A stretch of DNA of 64,000 bases from a bacterium (Candidatus Blackallbacteria) CG13_big_fil_rev_8_21_14_2_50_49_14 (GTDB lineage: Bacteria; Cyanobacteriota; Sericytochromatia; UBA7694). The notes beneath the pieces are model-generated. The model saw only the letters and a list, made by a program, of their open reading frames with translations. It had not been told where the DNA came from and ran no database searches. This document shows, in pieces, positions 63,596-64,000 of this stretch. A program made the translations under genes and the position numbers. Location of the stretch: NCBI GenBank assembly GCA_002783405.1, contig PFGG01000011.1:5434-69433 (forward strand), given 5' to 3'. The first letter of the stretch is position 1. Every line of letters begins with the position of its first letter.

Positions 63596-64000
63596 ATGAA
63601 ACCTGATCATAAATTGCCTGCTCCTCTGCCTCCAGGTCTCCAAAAACATGCAAAGGCCAGACACAAAGCCAGCCCTTTGATTGGAAACCGTCGCAAAGCA
63701 CACCGAAGCATTGATGCTTGGGAAGTGTTCTGGGGAATTCTGCGCTGGAGCTTTCGCCTGCTCATGCTGCCAGTTCTCTTAGGAGCCAGCAGCTTGGGCG
63801 GCGCCTATACAGGCATGGCCCTTCGTTTCTCGCAATTGCCTGATGTTTCTGCTCTGCAATATTATGCCCCAATTGAGACTACAGAAATATACGATGATAA
63901 AAACCATTTGCTGATGAAGCTCTTCGGTGAAGAAAACCGACGTGTTTTACCTCTGAATCAGGTACCCGACAAAATTCAGCAAGCCGTCATCTCGGCAGAA
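63596..64000 (+). CDS. Class A penicillin-binding protein (transglycosylase N-terminus), partial at the window end
   Basis: Basic cytoplasmic tail, TM anchor, then 'ETTEIYDDKNHLLMKLFGEENRRVLPLNQVPDKIQQAVISAE', the start of the GT51 domain. The frame is open to position 64000. Confidence 0.75.
   Translation, partial: MKPDHKLPAPLPPGLQKHAKARHKASPLIGNRRKAHRSIDAWEVFWGILRWSFRLLMLPVLLGASSLGGAYTGMALRFSQLPDVSALQYYAPIETTEIYDDKNHLLMKLFGEENRRVLPLNQVPDKIQQAVISAE

Noticed and set aside
1-64000. CRISPR arrays, tRNA/rRNA genes, transposases/integrases, prophage blocks
   Set aside because: There are no short direct repeat arrays, no tRNA-like T-arm (GTTCGAATC-type) sequence, and no ORF with transposase or integrase motifs. 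The window appears to be core chromosome.

Overview
The window is 64 kb of bacterial chromosome at about 50% GC. It is densely coding on both strands, mostly in short operons with overlapping stop/start codons. I found no rRNA, tRNA, CRISPR array, transposase or integrase by eye. Several genes point, as an inference only, to a Cyanobacteria-related lineage (Melainabacteria/Sericytochromatia-like). These are an SLH-domain outer-membrane porin, a CHASE2 adenylate cyclase, a eukaryotic-like Ser/Thr kinase, three FGE-sulfatase-domain proteins, PBS-lyase-type HEAT repeats, a chloroplast-like ATP synthase c subunit and an ndhA/ndhI-like nuoH-nuoI order. Recognisable housekeeping genes are gpsA, hpt, udk, ftcD, lspA, mutL, htrA, recO, nuoG/H/I, a class A PBP (partial), a CoA-transferase and a PlsB-like acyltransferase. 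The regions that do not look like ordinary housekeeping are: (1) a three-gene cAMP module at 640..6457, CHASE2-cyclase > Ser/Thr kinase with a ~500-aa unknown domain > NUDIX-MBL fusion; (2) a radical-SAM/SPASM enzyme at 9685..11286, translationally coupled to an upstream 171-aa Pro-rich protein with C-x3-E and D-x3-C motifs, which is a QhpC/QhpD-like candidate protein-crosslinking pair; (3) a divergent cluster at 26468..33662, two FGE-domain proteins, an AmmeMemoRadiSam-type radical SAM enzyme lacking its usual partners, a molybdopterin-oxidoreductase-like protein with a Cys>Asp change in its Fe-S motif, and a DCC thiol-disulfide oxidoreductase; (4) an operon at 40061..47797 of two ~75% identical double-length M16 peptidases (only the first has a signal peptide), an MshEN(c-di-GMP-binding)-MBL hydrolase fusion and a GT4 glycosyltransferase; (5) an orphan EutN/CcmL microcompartment vertex gene overlapping recO, an orphan atpE, a tricorn protease with HEAT-repeat partner, and a 977-aa Pro-rich HExxH protein. 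All function calls come from motif reading only. No database searches were run.
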